From Cyanobacteria bacterium auto_48_18 (GTDB lineage: Bacteria > Cyanobacteriota > Vampirovibrionia > Obscuribacterales > Obscuribacteraceae), in contig JAVHQC010000035.1 in the NCBI GenBank assembly GCA_036170915.1, positions 146,971-210,970 on the forward strand: a DNA stretch of 64,000 nucleotides. The letters are read 5' to 3'. The number at the start of each line of letters is the position of its first letter. Position 1 is the stretch's first letter. The notes under the pieces are model-generated. The model saw only the letters and a list, made by a program, of their open reading frames with translations. It was not told the DNA's origin and made no database searches. Below, in pieces: positions 55,268 through 63,866 of the stretch. The position numbers and the translations under genes are program-made.

Positions 55268-55921
55268 TTAGTGTTCGAAAATGCCTGACCATCCCAATAA
55301 ATCGAGTTCACAAATGGCTGGCAAGGCCACATAAAGTTTTTCAGCCAGAGCCAGGCGATCTTCTCTTTTTAGAAGCGCCAGCACTTTTGTATAAAGCGGT
55401 AAAAGCATGCGCACATCGTTGGCGGCATATTCGATTTGTTCGTCGGTAAGATCAAGCTGCGCCCAGTCACTGGTTTGATTAGACTTATCGAGCTCCACCC
55501 CGAGCAATTCATGAACAAGATCTTTTAAGCCATGCTTATCTGTATAGGTGCGCACCAGCTTCGAACCAATTTTTGTGCAGAAAATGGGAGCAACATTGAT
55601 ACCTAGATAATATTTGAGCACCGCCACGTCAAAGCGGGCGAAGTGGAAAAGCTTGAGCACATTTGGCGCTTCACACAGTTTCTTCACATTCGACATGGTG
55701 TCGGTCTTTAAATCATCAAGACTTTTGTAGCGGACAAAGCTGACAACACCTTCGTCATCACAAATTTGGATCAGACAAAGGCGATCGCGCCGTACAATCA
55801 AACCCCTGGTCTCGGTATCGATAGCTACCACTGACTTTTTCAAATAGTGCTGCAAACGCTCGTCGGGTATGTCGTTTTCAAACAGTTCGGCTTTACGATG
55901 CTTGACCAGTTCAGACTTCAC
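55268..55921 (-). CDS. 3'-5' exonuclease, RNase D-like (DEDDy) single-domain protein
   Basis: ExoI VAIDTET, ExoII HFARFDVAVL and ExoIII YAANDVRML. Confidence 0.82.
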   Translation of the reverse strand: MKSELVKHRKAELFENDIPDERLQHYLKKSVVAIDTETRGLIVRRDRLCLIQICDDEGVVSFVRYKSLDDLKTDTMSNVKKLCEAPNVLKLFHFARFDVAVLKYYLGINVAPIFCTKIGSKLVRTYTDKHGLKDLVHELLGVELDKSNQTSDWAQLDLTDEQIEYAANDVRMLLPLYTKVLALLKREDRLALAEKLYVALPAICELDLLGWSGIFEH

Positions 55922-56013
55922 AGAATCACCAGGGCAAATTTGTACAACGCAATAAATTATAGACTCAAGAGAGAGTCAATTCCTTAGATATTGCGCTTCT
56001 AATGATTGGCAAG

Positions 56014-57345
56014 TCATTGGCAAGCATCATCTAGAGCTTCAGCCAGATGCTTAACCTTGACATTGAGACCGCGCGCCTTGACCCCTGCTTCAAGCTGCAG
56101 CATGCAACCAGGATTGCAGGTGACAACCAGGTCGGCACCAGATTCTTCTATAAACTTCATCTTGCGATCAAGCACTTTTAAACTCAATGAAGTATTGAGC
56201 AAATTGTAGATGCCGGCACTGCCACAGCAATGCTCAGCTTCGGGTAAATCATATAAATGAGCGCCGATGCCCGCCGCAAGCGCACTGAGTAGTGCTTGAG
56301 GCTCGGCGCGCACGCCCTGGGCGTGAGCTAAATGGCAAGCGGCATGGTAAACAATATGCGCTTTGGTCTGAGTTTCAGGGCCGGCTGCCGATGGGCAGCT
56401 CATAGTATCTGCAGGGAAATCACCGGCAGCCAGAGTTTGCGAGAGGTCTTGCACACGAGAGGCAAATTTAGAGGCACGGTCGGCCCACTGTGGCTCATTG
56501 GCCAGCAGCACCGGATAATGCTTGAGCATGGCACCACAACCAGCTGAAGTGACCACAATTTTGTCATTGTCAACAGCGCCCTCGAACAGATCAATGTTGC
56601 GCCGCGCCAGCACTCTGGCAATATCATCCTCGCCGGCATGGTAAGCCAGCGCACCACAGCAGGTCTGCTCAGGCACCTCCACAATATTGCCTTGACGCAC
56701 CAAAAGTCGCAAAGCCGCGTGGTTGACATGATTATAAAAAACATCCATAACGCAGCCGCTGAATAATTTTGCCGCACCGCTTTTGGTGCCTGCACGCCAT
56801 GATTTTTTAGGTAGCGGAATATGCTTCGGCACCACCGGCGTGAACATTTGAAAATCAGCAAGTTTACGCAAAATAGCAAGTTTACTGGTGCTAAATTTTG
56901 CGGCCAGAGAGTCAAGCTTAAGCTGTTGCACTGTGCGCAGCATTGACCCGAAAATTTTCAAGCGACCGTAGTGCGGCAAAATCTGAGAAAATGAAAATCG
57001 CAAGATTGTGCGCAATAGCCCGTTGCGACGAGCTGCCAGATGAGGCCGAGCCCCGTCGAGAATAGCTTCATAGTTAACGCCTGATGGACACGCTGTTTGA
57101 CAGCCCAGGCAGCCAAGGCAAGATTCAAGATGTTCAGCTGCTCGTGGTGCCAGCTCTCCGCCAAGCTCTTGCCATTTGGCCAGCAAATAAATACGACCTC
57201 GAGGTGACTCCATTTCTCTACCCGTAGCCAGGTAGGTCGGACAAGCCGGTAAACAGAGGCCACAGTGAATGCAGCTGTCGAGCAACTCTTGGCTGAGCGC
57301 AGCCTCACCGGCGCCAATCTTAATAACGCTATCGTTGCTAGACAA
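56014..57345 (-). CDS. glcF: Glycolate oxidase iron-sulfur subunit
   Basis: Two 4Fe-4S motifs (CIHCGLCLPACPTY and CLGCLGCQTACPSG) followed by two Cys-rich CCG domains. Confidence 0.88.
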   Translation of the reverse strand: MSSNDSVIKIGAGEAALSQELLDSCIHCGLCLPACPTYLATGREMESPRGRIYLLAKWQELGGELAPRAAEHLESCLGCLGCQTACPSGVNYEAILDGARPHLAARRNGLLRTILRFSFSQILPHYGRLKIFGSMLRTVQQLKLDSLAAKFSTSKLAILRKLADFQMFTPVVPKHIPLPKKSWRAGTKSGAAKLFSGCVMDVFYNHVNHAALRLLVRQGNIVEVPEQTCCGALAYHAGEDDIARVLARRNIDLFEGAVDNDKIVVTSAGCGAMLKHYPVLLANEPQWADRASKFASRVQDLSQTLAAGDFPADTMSCPSAAGPETQTKAHIVYHAACHLAHAQGVRAEPQALLSALAAGIGAHLYDLPEAEHCCGSAGIYNLLNTSLSLKVLDRKMKFIEESGADLVVTCNPGCMLQLEAGVKARGLNVKVKHLAEALDDACQ

Positions 57346-58648
57346 AGGTCACCTGCGGGCTGAGCGCCGCAGCCGGGTCAAATTTTTCTTTTAAACGCCC
57401 AAGCAATAGTTCTAGAGCCGGTTGCGCCTCACGCAGGCGCCTTGAACTAAACCGGTAAGGACCACGCTGGGCTGCCACCACCAGTGATTCCCAGTCAGCC
57501 AGTGCACTGCCATCATTTCTTTCGCGACATTGATTTAAAATTGTCGATATTAGAGCCAGGTCGCGATCTACGCCAGAGTCGCTGTCGCTGTGCAAATAAA
57601 GCCTGCCAGAAGACGGCCTGATGCGCAGCAGGCCACGATCTTTAATAGAAATCAACCTATCGAGAATGCCACGAATGAGCGCAAGCGAGGCAGCCACTTC
57701 AACACCAAATATAGTGCTGCCAAAGTTAGTGGTTAGTGCAGCGCGTGCATGATCTTCATCAACCCCCAGCCACTTTAAAGTCGCCAGCGCCGCCTCTACC
57801 TGAATCGATACATCGCCCACTAGCTCTGCCGGCCCGCTAATTTGAATGTATAGTTGATAGCTGCGACCGCCGCTACCATTAGCTTCAATAATTTCCAAAG
57901 CCGATAGTGGCAAGCCTGTTGCCAGAAGTCGCGCACAAAGTGCGAGTAATTCGGCTGAATGCATAGAGGTTACACAAAAATTGACTGTCTTTTCAGGAAT
58001 GGCATAAAGACGCAAATAGGCCAAATATGGAAAGGCCAGTGAGCCCTGGGAGCCAATAATCAATTTGCCTACATCAAAACCAGTGACGTTCTTAAGCACG
58101 CGGCCACCAGTTTTTAAAATTTCGCCTTGACCACAAACAGATTCAAGGCCAAGAACTTGACTGCGCAAAAAACCATAACCATTTTCGAGATAGCCGCCAT
58201 CACCACGTAAAATCAGCTCGCACAATGTGAGCGAGTCTGAAGCAAATGTATCAACCGGAAAGAATTGACCTTGCGAGGCCAGCTGATTATTAAGCGCCTT
58301 GACAGTTAGGCCGGTCTGACAGGCAATTACCAGATCACTAGCAACATGTTCACGGGTGCCGGTCAATGCCGAAAAATCGATGAAGATATGATCGCGGTCT
58401 ATGACTGTGTCTGCATTAGAATGGTCTGCATTAGAATGGTCTGTATCAAAATAATCAGAGTTAAAAGCTCCTGCATAGAAAGCGCATTTGGGACCATACT
58501 GGCTCTTAAGGAGCAATCGCAGTTGCTCTTCAGAAGTGGGTCTGACTTCGTACCAGATCATTTCTTCGGCGGCTGCCGAACCGAGCTTATGCACTCCGTT
58601 TCTTTCAACGGAGCAAACTTTGCTCAATGCAAATGTATCGGTAGGCAT
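57338..58648 (-). CDS. glcE: FAD-binding (PCMH-type) oxidoreductase, GlcE-like glycolate oxidase subunit
   Basis: The FAD_binding_4-like segment GYGFLRSQVLGLESVCGQGEILKTGGRVLKNVTGFDVGKLIIGSQGSLA is present. The N-terminus is divergent. It overlaps glcF by 8 nt. Confidence 0.7.
   Translation of the reverse strand: MPTDTFALSKVCSVERNGVHKLGSAAAEEMIWYEVRPTSEEQLRLLLKSQYGPKCAFYAGAFNSDYFDTDHSNADHSNADTVIDRDHIFIDFSALTGTREHVASDLVIACQTGLTVKALNNQLASQGQFFPVDTFASDSLTLCELILRGDGGYLENGYGFLRSQVLGLESVCGQGEILKTGGRVLKNVTGFDVGKLIIGSQGSLAFPYLAYLRLYAIPEKTVNFCVTSMHSAELLALCARLLATGLPLSALEIIEANGSGGRSYQLYIQISGPAELVGDVSIQVEAALATLKWLGVDEDHARAALTTNFGSTIFGVEVAASLALIRGILDRLISIKDRGLLRIRPSSGRLYLHSDSDSGVDRDLALISTILNQCRERNDGSALADWESLVVAAQRGPYRFSSRRLREAQPALELLLGRLKEKFDPAAALSPQVTFV
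58411..58440 (-). repeat. 15-nt in-frame tandem duplication encoding DHSNA-DHSNA in GlcE
   Basis: The plus strand has ctgcattagaatggt twice in tandem. Confidence 0.92.
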
Positions 58649-58754
58649 CTAATGAATCTTAGTGCACAAACGGCAATTAGCACAATATAGCCAAAGCATA
58701 TGTCGGCAAACTGCTAAAATTCACATGTTCAATTGAAGTCAATTAGCAACTAAA

Positions 58755-58802
58755 CAAATCAACAATCCAACAAATCAGCAAATCAACAAATCAACAAATT
58801 AC
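58755..58802 (+). promoter_or_regulatory. CA-rich leader made of six tandem 8-mers (caaatcaa-like) ending 2 nt before the csaB ATG, with no Shine-Dalgarno
   Basis: The units are caaatcaa, caatccaa, caaatcag, caaatcaa, caaatcaa and caaattac, followed by ctATG. Confidence 0.5.
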
Positions 58803-58804
58803 CT

Positions 58805-59929
58805 ATGGCCCGCAACTTAATTTTGATCTCAGGTTACTACGGTTTCGATAATCTGGGCGATGAAGCCATTCTCGAACAACTCATCTGCGAAGTGCGCAGC
58901 GTCACCGGTAATACTGATGAAATAGTTGTGCTCTCCAATGATCCTCAGGCCACCAGCAGCACTTTCGGCGTGCGCAGTGTTGACCGTTGGAAAGTACTCG
59001 CTTTGCCTCCGCTGATGACCCAAACACGGCTGTTTATAAGCGGAGGCGGCGGGCTCTTTCAAGCTACGGAATCAATTAAATCGATTATTTATTACGGCAG
59101 TCTGATTGCCGTAGCCCGCATGCTCGGCGCCGATACTCTGATTTATGCCCAGGGTCTCGGCCCTCTGAAAACTAAATTGAGTCAGAATCTGACCAAACAA
59201 GCTTTGGGTTTTGCACAATATATGACTGTGAGAGACGATAGCTCTCAGTCGCTGCTCGAGTCGTGGCAGCTGCAATCACAGCGCACCGCTGACCCTGTCT
59301 GGGCCCTCAAGGCTTCACCACTGCCGCCTGCTGTGCAACAAGCTCTCGACCAGGCGCGCACAGGCCCAGTGGAGCAATTGGTTGGTCTATCACTGAGGAC
59401 CGGAGGAGGATTCAGCCAGACCCATTTGCAAAAACTTGTGGAAGCCCTTAATCAATCATTGAGCAAAAACACGGCTATCGTGCTTTTGCCCTTGCAAAAC
59501 GAGCAAGACAAACCGATTTTGGCCGACTTTGCTCAAATGTGGCAAAAGTGCGGCCGCGGCTCAGTGGAACTGCCCCTTGAATTAATGACATTGCCCAGTC
59601 AGTGGTTATCACTGATGAGCTGCTTAGATTTTGTCGTGGGTATGCGTTTGCATTCGCTAATTATGGCTCTGGCCAGCGGCAAAGCGGTAATTGGCATTGC
59701 TTATGATGCAAAAGTCGAGACTGTTTTGAAACAATTCGAGCAAACAAATTTGGCTTTTACTAGAGATAGTGAAAAGGCAGAAGAATGCAGTCAGTGGGCG
59801 GAAAAAGTAGCTAATGTGGTAACCAACCAACAAAAGTTTGCTGCCATTGCCGCAAAGATGGCCGCTCAAAGCCGCGAACTTGCTTGCCAGAACGGTGCCC
59901 TTATCGCTAAAATTTTAGCTAGTAAATAG
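58805..59929 (+). CDS. csaB: Polysaccharide pyruvyl transferase CsaB
   Basis: The N-terminus LILISGYYGFDNLGDEAILE and the overall length are typical of CsaB. Confidence 0.85.
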   Translation: MARNLILISGYYGFDNLGDEAILEQLICEVRSVTGNTDEIVVLSNDPQATSSTFGVRSVDRWKVLALPPLMTQTRLFISGGGGLFQATESIKSIIYYGSLIAVARMLGADTLIYAQGLGPLKTKLSQNLTKQALGFAQYMTVRDDSSQSLLESWQLQSQRTADPVWALKASPLPPAVQQALDQARTGPVEQLVGLSLRTGGGFSQTHLQKLVEALNQSLSKNTAIVLLPLQNEQDKPILADFAQMWQKCGRGSVELPLELMTLPSQWLSLMSCLDFVVGMRLHSLIMALASGKAVIGIAYDAKVETVLKQFEQTNLAFTRDSEKAEECSQWAEKVANVVTNQQKFAAIAAKMAAQSRELACQNGALIAKILASK

Positions 59930-60006
59930 ACGCTAATTAACTACTAATTTTAACGGCTAATTGCAATGCCACTGTCTGTGATACTAAACTAACTTGTGAA
60001 TCTAAT

Positions 60007-60786
60007 ATGATATCGAACACTTCAGTTGCCGAAAATCGCGAACATGTGCTGAGCTATCCGGTGGATCTGCTGAGCGAGAGTGAGGCAGTGGCAAAAATAG
60101 AGCAGGCCTGGAAGTCTAATCAAGCTCTACATGTGGTGACGCTGAATGCCGAGATGGTGGTGGCATCACAGAGAGACGAGCAGCTCGACCGCATCATTCG
60201 CCGCGCTCAACTGGTAGTTCCTGATGGGGCCGGTGTAGTCTGGGCCATTAAACTGGCTGATGCAAAAAATGCTTCGGTGAAGCGTTTGCCCGGCATTGAA
60301 CTCGCAGCAGGTTCACTAGCCGCTGCTGCGCGGCTTGGGCAGCCTGTGGCCTTAATCGGCGGGCGCAAAGAAGTAATGGACAAGCTGGTGGAAGAGCTGC
60401 CGAGAGTGCATCAAGGCCTAAAGATTGTGGCCTTTGCCAACGGTTTTTATAACAAAGAAAAAGAAACAGAGATGGTCGAGCAAATTGCAGCGGCACAGCC
60501 CAAGCTGGTTCTGGTAGCCCTTGGTGTGCCAAGACAAGAATATTTTATCGAGCGCTTTAGCAGCCATTTCCCTCAGGCAGTGATGATTGGAGTGGGCGGC
60601 AGTTTTGATGTCTGGACAGGTTTTGTTAAACGCGCGCCGGAGACCTTTCAAAAATTCCACTGTGAATGGCTGTACAGGCTGATAAAAGAGCCATGGCGTT
60701 TCGGTCGCATGGCACAGTCTCTGCCAAATTTCGCACTGCAGGCCGCAGCTGAAATTGTGGCTAAGCGCACTGGTCAAAAAAAATAA
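60007..60786 (+). CDS. tagA: WecB/TagA/CpsF-family glycosyltransferase
   Basis: LVVPDGAGVVWA and GVPRQEYFI motifs. 259 aa. Confidence 0.85.
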   Translation: MISNTSVAENREHVLSYPVDLLSESEAVAKIEQAWKSNQALHVVTLNAEMVVASQRDEQLDRIIRRAQLVVPDGAGVVWAIKLADAKNASVKRLPGIELAAGSLAAAARLGQPVALIGGRKEVMDKLVEELPRVHQGLKIVAFANGFYNKEKETEMVEQIAAAQPKLVLVALGVPRQEYFIERFSSHFPQAVMIGVGGSFDVWTGFVKRAPETFQKFHCEWLYRLIKEPWRFGRMAQSLPNFALQAAAEIVAKRTGQKK

Positions 60787-60787
60787 C

Positions 60788-61219
60788 ATGCTTTTTGGCA
60801 AGACTTTTCACCAGTCAGTAACGCCAGAAGAGCGTCTTCGCCTGGTGAAAGATATTCCATTGCGTAATCTCGCTCACCTTGGTGACGCCGTCTTTGAGTT
60901 ATTTGAAAGAGAGCGAGAAGTAATCGCCGCCGCCACTGTGCGCAAGTTGCACAATCAAGTAGTCTCAAGAGTCAATTCGAAAGAGCAAGCAAGGCTTTTA
61001 GAATTGCTAAAGCCTGCTCTAACAGAAGACGAGCTCGACATGGTCAGACGGGCTCGCAATTTAAAACCAGGCGGCTTCAGACGCAATGTTGAACAATCTA
61101 TATTGCGCCAGGCCACTGCCTTTGAAGCGCTGATTGGCTATCGATTTCTAACTGACGAAGATAGATTGCAAGAGCTACTAGCTTTGACCGATGTCTCAGA
61201 AAACCAAATCGAAAGCTAA
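60788..61219 (+). CDS. mrnC: Mini-ribonuclease 3
   Basis: RNase III signature variant LAHLGDAVFELFERE, and a size of about 143 aa from ATG 60788 (2 nt after the tagA stop). Confidence 0.8.
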   Translation: MLFGKTFHQSVTPEERLRLVKDIPLRNLAHLGDAVFELFEREREVIAAATVRKLHNQVVSRVNSKEQARLLELLKPALTEDELDMVRRARNLKPGGFRRNVEQSILRQATAFEALIGYRFLTDEDRLQELLALTDVSENQIES

Positions 61220-61334
61220 AGGCGAAGTTAAAAAGCCTCTAAAGTGAGCAATTAATGCGTTAAACCTTAAGGATAGGTTGTAATGCCAAACAGCCTCTAT
61301 ATCTGATGCTAAGTTAGATTTCAGGAAGTACTGA

Positions 61335-61366
61335 CTAAAAGCTACCGACCTCTAAAAGCTACCGAC
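61335..61366 (+). promoter_or_regulatory. Direct repeat ctaaaagctaccgac x2 (17-nt period) upstream of the PAS histidine kinase
   Basis: Identical 15-mers at 61335-61349 and 61352-61366, 24 nt upstream of the GTG start. Confidence 0.4.
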
Positions 61367-61389
61367 ATAGAAACAGCGAAACATTTGCC

Positions 61390-62508
61390 GTGTCACTCCA
61401 GACTGAAGAAATTTACCGCACACTATTACAAAATTCGGCTGATGCTGTTGTAGTAACCGACAACGACGGTTTAATTACCAGCACTAATCCTTCTTTTGCC
61501 AAACTGGTAGGCGACGAAACCACGAGCATCATCGGCAGCCAAATAACTTCCTTTGTGGACTGGCACAGCCACGATGAAGCCGACGCTCGACTTGGACACA
61601 CGCCTGACAAAAAAGAAGATGAGCACGGCAATGATGAACCGAAACCAATAACGGTGCTCACCAGATCAGGTGCCGAATTTATAATGCCGGCCTCTCGCTT
61701 TCCCCTTAAAGACGAAAAATCAGGCTCTGCCTGGGGCTTTTTAACGATCATTTATGTCATTCAAGCGAATTCACTACAACAAGCACAAACCGAATTTGTC
61801 AGCACAGTCAGTCATGAATTGCGCACACCACTGACCAGCATCAAGGGTTTTGCAGACACTATTTTGCGCGCCGGCGATCGTTTAGATGTGGCTCAGCAGC
61901 GCCGCTATGTAGGCATCATTAAAGATCAAGCCGATCGCCTGACACGATTGGTGGAAGATATCCTGGCGGTCTCAAGGCTCGAATCAAAAAAATTGCAACT
62001 GACTATTCGCGCGATTGATCCGCTCGAAGCTATCGAAAGAGTGCAACAAAATCTTACCGACAAAGCTAAAAACCACAAAGTGGTAGTCAATGTTGCCCCC
62101 AGCCTGACACCAGTATGGGCCGACGCAGACAGACTAGAGCAGATACTGACCAATCTTATAGACAATGCCATCAAATATTCACCAGCTGGAACAACAGTAA
62201 CCATAACTGCCAAGGGCCTGGAAAAAGCCACCGCCAGTGATGCCGAAATGGTTGAATTTGCCATCAGCGACGAAGGCGTGGGTATTCCTGAAGAGCACCT
62301 ACCCCAGGTATTTTCCAAGTTCGGCAGGTTAGATAATCCGCTAGTGCGGCAGACTGAAGGCACAGGCCTTGGTCTCTACATCACACGCTCGCTGTGCCTC
62401 GCCCTTGGTGGTCAAATCTCAGTTTCCAGTCAGCCGGGCAACACCACATTCACTGTCAAACTGCCTGCTGCTACGCTCGAACTACAAGCGGCTAGAGGGA
62501 GGGATTAA
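61390..62508 (+). CDS. PAS-domain sensor histidine kinase (cytoplasmic)
   Basis: PAS-like N-terminus (LLQNSADAVVVTDNDGLITSTNPSF), H-box VSHELRTPLTSIKGF, N-box NLIDNAIKYSP, and G-boxes DEGVGIP and GTGLGLYI. Confidence 0.9.
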   Translation: MSLQTEEIYRTLLQNSADAVVVTDNDGLITSTNPSFAKLVGDETTSIIGSQITSFVDWHSHDEADARLGHTPDKKEDEHGNDEPKPITVLTRSGAEFIMPASRFPLKDEKSGSAWGFLTIIYVIQANSLQQAQTEFVSTVSHELRTPLTSIKGFADTILRAGDRLDVAQQRRYVGIIKDQADRLTRLVEDILAVSRLESKKLQLTIRAIDPLEAIERVQQNLTDKAKNHKVVVNVAPSLTPVWADADRLEQILTNLIDNAIKYSPAGTTVTITAKGLEKATASDAEMVEFAISDEGVGIPEEHLPQVFSKFGRLDNPLVRQTEGTGLGLYITRSLCLALGGQISVSSQPGNTTFTVKLPAATLELQAARGRD

Positions 62509-63866
62509 TGCTCCTACCCACGCCAGTCATTTTAATTATCAACCAGGCCAGACAAGCAGCTGAATTTTCTTCCGTATTGGAAAAAACCGGCAGCAAGGTA
62601 CACGCAGTAACTTCTTTTGAAGAAGCAAATGAATTGCTTTCTTTTCTGCACCCAGACATTATCATTCTGCCGAATCAGCTTGAGGGCGTGAGCACAGGTG
62701 ATGGCAGGCTCTACTGCCAGCAAATCAGAGCAACGCTGGCGCCACCACGGCCGGTGCTTGTCTTGCTGCATCCATCAACTGATGTAACAGAGCGCATTAA
62801 CGCTTTTCGCTATGGTGCTGATGACGTGCTTGGCGATCCAATCGATAAAAACGAGCTGGCCATACGTGTTTTGGCCCACTTGCGCAGGCGCCAGGAAGAA
62901 TTTTCCAACCCCCTGACTCAGCTGCCTGGCCCTAACTTAATTAGACGCATGCTCGAGCAATGTCTCTATTCTGATAAAACCTGGTCGGTGATGTCTATCG
63001 ACTTAAATAAAATTCGAGTCTATAACGAGACTTACGGAGACCTGGCCGGCGATCAGCTAATTAAGGCTCTGGCAGCCATTCTCCTTGATGTGGCTGACGA
63101 AACAGAATTTGTCGGCCACCTGGAAGCCGATGACTTCATTATGGTAACCAGACCAGAAGTAGCTGAGCGAAAAGCAGAGCTTATATGCCAGCAATTCGAC
63201 AGTGTCAGCTCGCGCTTTTACCCCAAAGGAGATATTGCTCGCGGCTATTTGATCTCTACTGGTCGGGGCGGAATTCGGCGGCGTGTACCATTGATCTCAA
63301 TTGCAGTTGGTATCGTCAGTAATACCGTGAGAAAATTCCAGTCTTACATCGATGTGCTCACCAACGCCCGCGACCACCGCAATGTGGCCAAGCAAAAACA
63401 GGGTTCTTTCTGGGTCTCTGATAACAATCTGGAAGAAGAATTGCAAGAGACAAGTGCCAATAACGGCCAACATTCTGCGCCCACCGTCATTGATCGCACC
63501 TCGCGTATTCTGGTGGTAGAACCTGATGGTGCCATGGCCTGCTTACTGCAAGAAACTCTAGCCTTAGAAGGATACTGTGTGCAGGTGACCAGCTCTGCTG
63601 ATGACGCCTTAGAACTAGCGCGCTTCGAGCCGCCAGACCTAATTTTGCTGGAATCAAATTTGATTGACCGAAAAATGGACGGTTGGAATCTTTGCCGTGC
63701 TCTAAAGGCTGATATGGTGCTTTCCAAAATCTGGATCGTAATGGCAACTTCTCACCCGGATCAGCTGCTGGCTCTGGAAGCCGGTGCCGACCTTTATTTG
63801 CCAAAACCTTTTGATATTCCCAATCTGCTCAGTGAAGTGAGTTTGTTGCTGCGCTCTCGCGTCTAA
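62508..63866 (+). CDS. REC-GGDEF-REC multidomain protein with non-canonical residues in all three domains
   Basis: The ATG overlaps the kinase stop (TAATG). The GGDEF-like core is LTQLPGPNLI...DLNKIRVYNETYGDLAGDQ...GHLEADDF. See the finding at 61390-63866 for residue details. Confidence 0.85.
   Translation: MLLPTPVILIINQARQAAEFSSVLEKTGSKVHAVTSFEEANELLSFLHPDIIILPNQLEGVSTGDGRLYCQQIRATLAPPRPVLVLLHPSTDVTERINAFRYGADDVLGDPIDKNELAIRVLAHLRRRQEEFSNPLTQLPGPNLIRRMLEQCLYSDKTWSVMSIDLNKIRVYNETYGDLAGDQLIKALAAILLDVADETEFVGHLEADDFIMVTRPEVAERKAELICQQFDSVSSRFYPKGDIARGYLISTGRGGIRRRVPLISIAVGIVSNTVRKFQSYIDVLTNARDHRNVAKQKQGSFWVSDNNLEEELQETSANNGQHSAPTVIDRTSRILVVEPDGAMACLLQETLALEGYCVQVTSSADDALELARFEPPDLILLESNLIDRKMDGWNLCRALKADMVLSKIWIVMATSHPDQLLALEAGADLYLPKPFDIPNLLSEVSLLLRSRV

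Noticed and set aside
56400-57317. Alternative-frame ORFs (56400-56915, 56958-57317) within glcF
   Set aside because: They share the strand with glcF but sit out of frame, and glcF has clear Fe-S and CCG motifs. I recognise no independent motifs in them.
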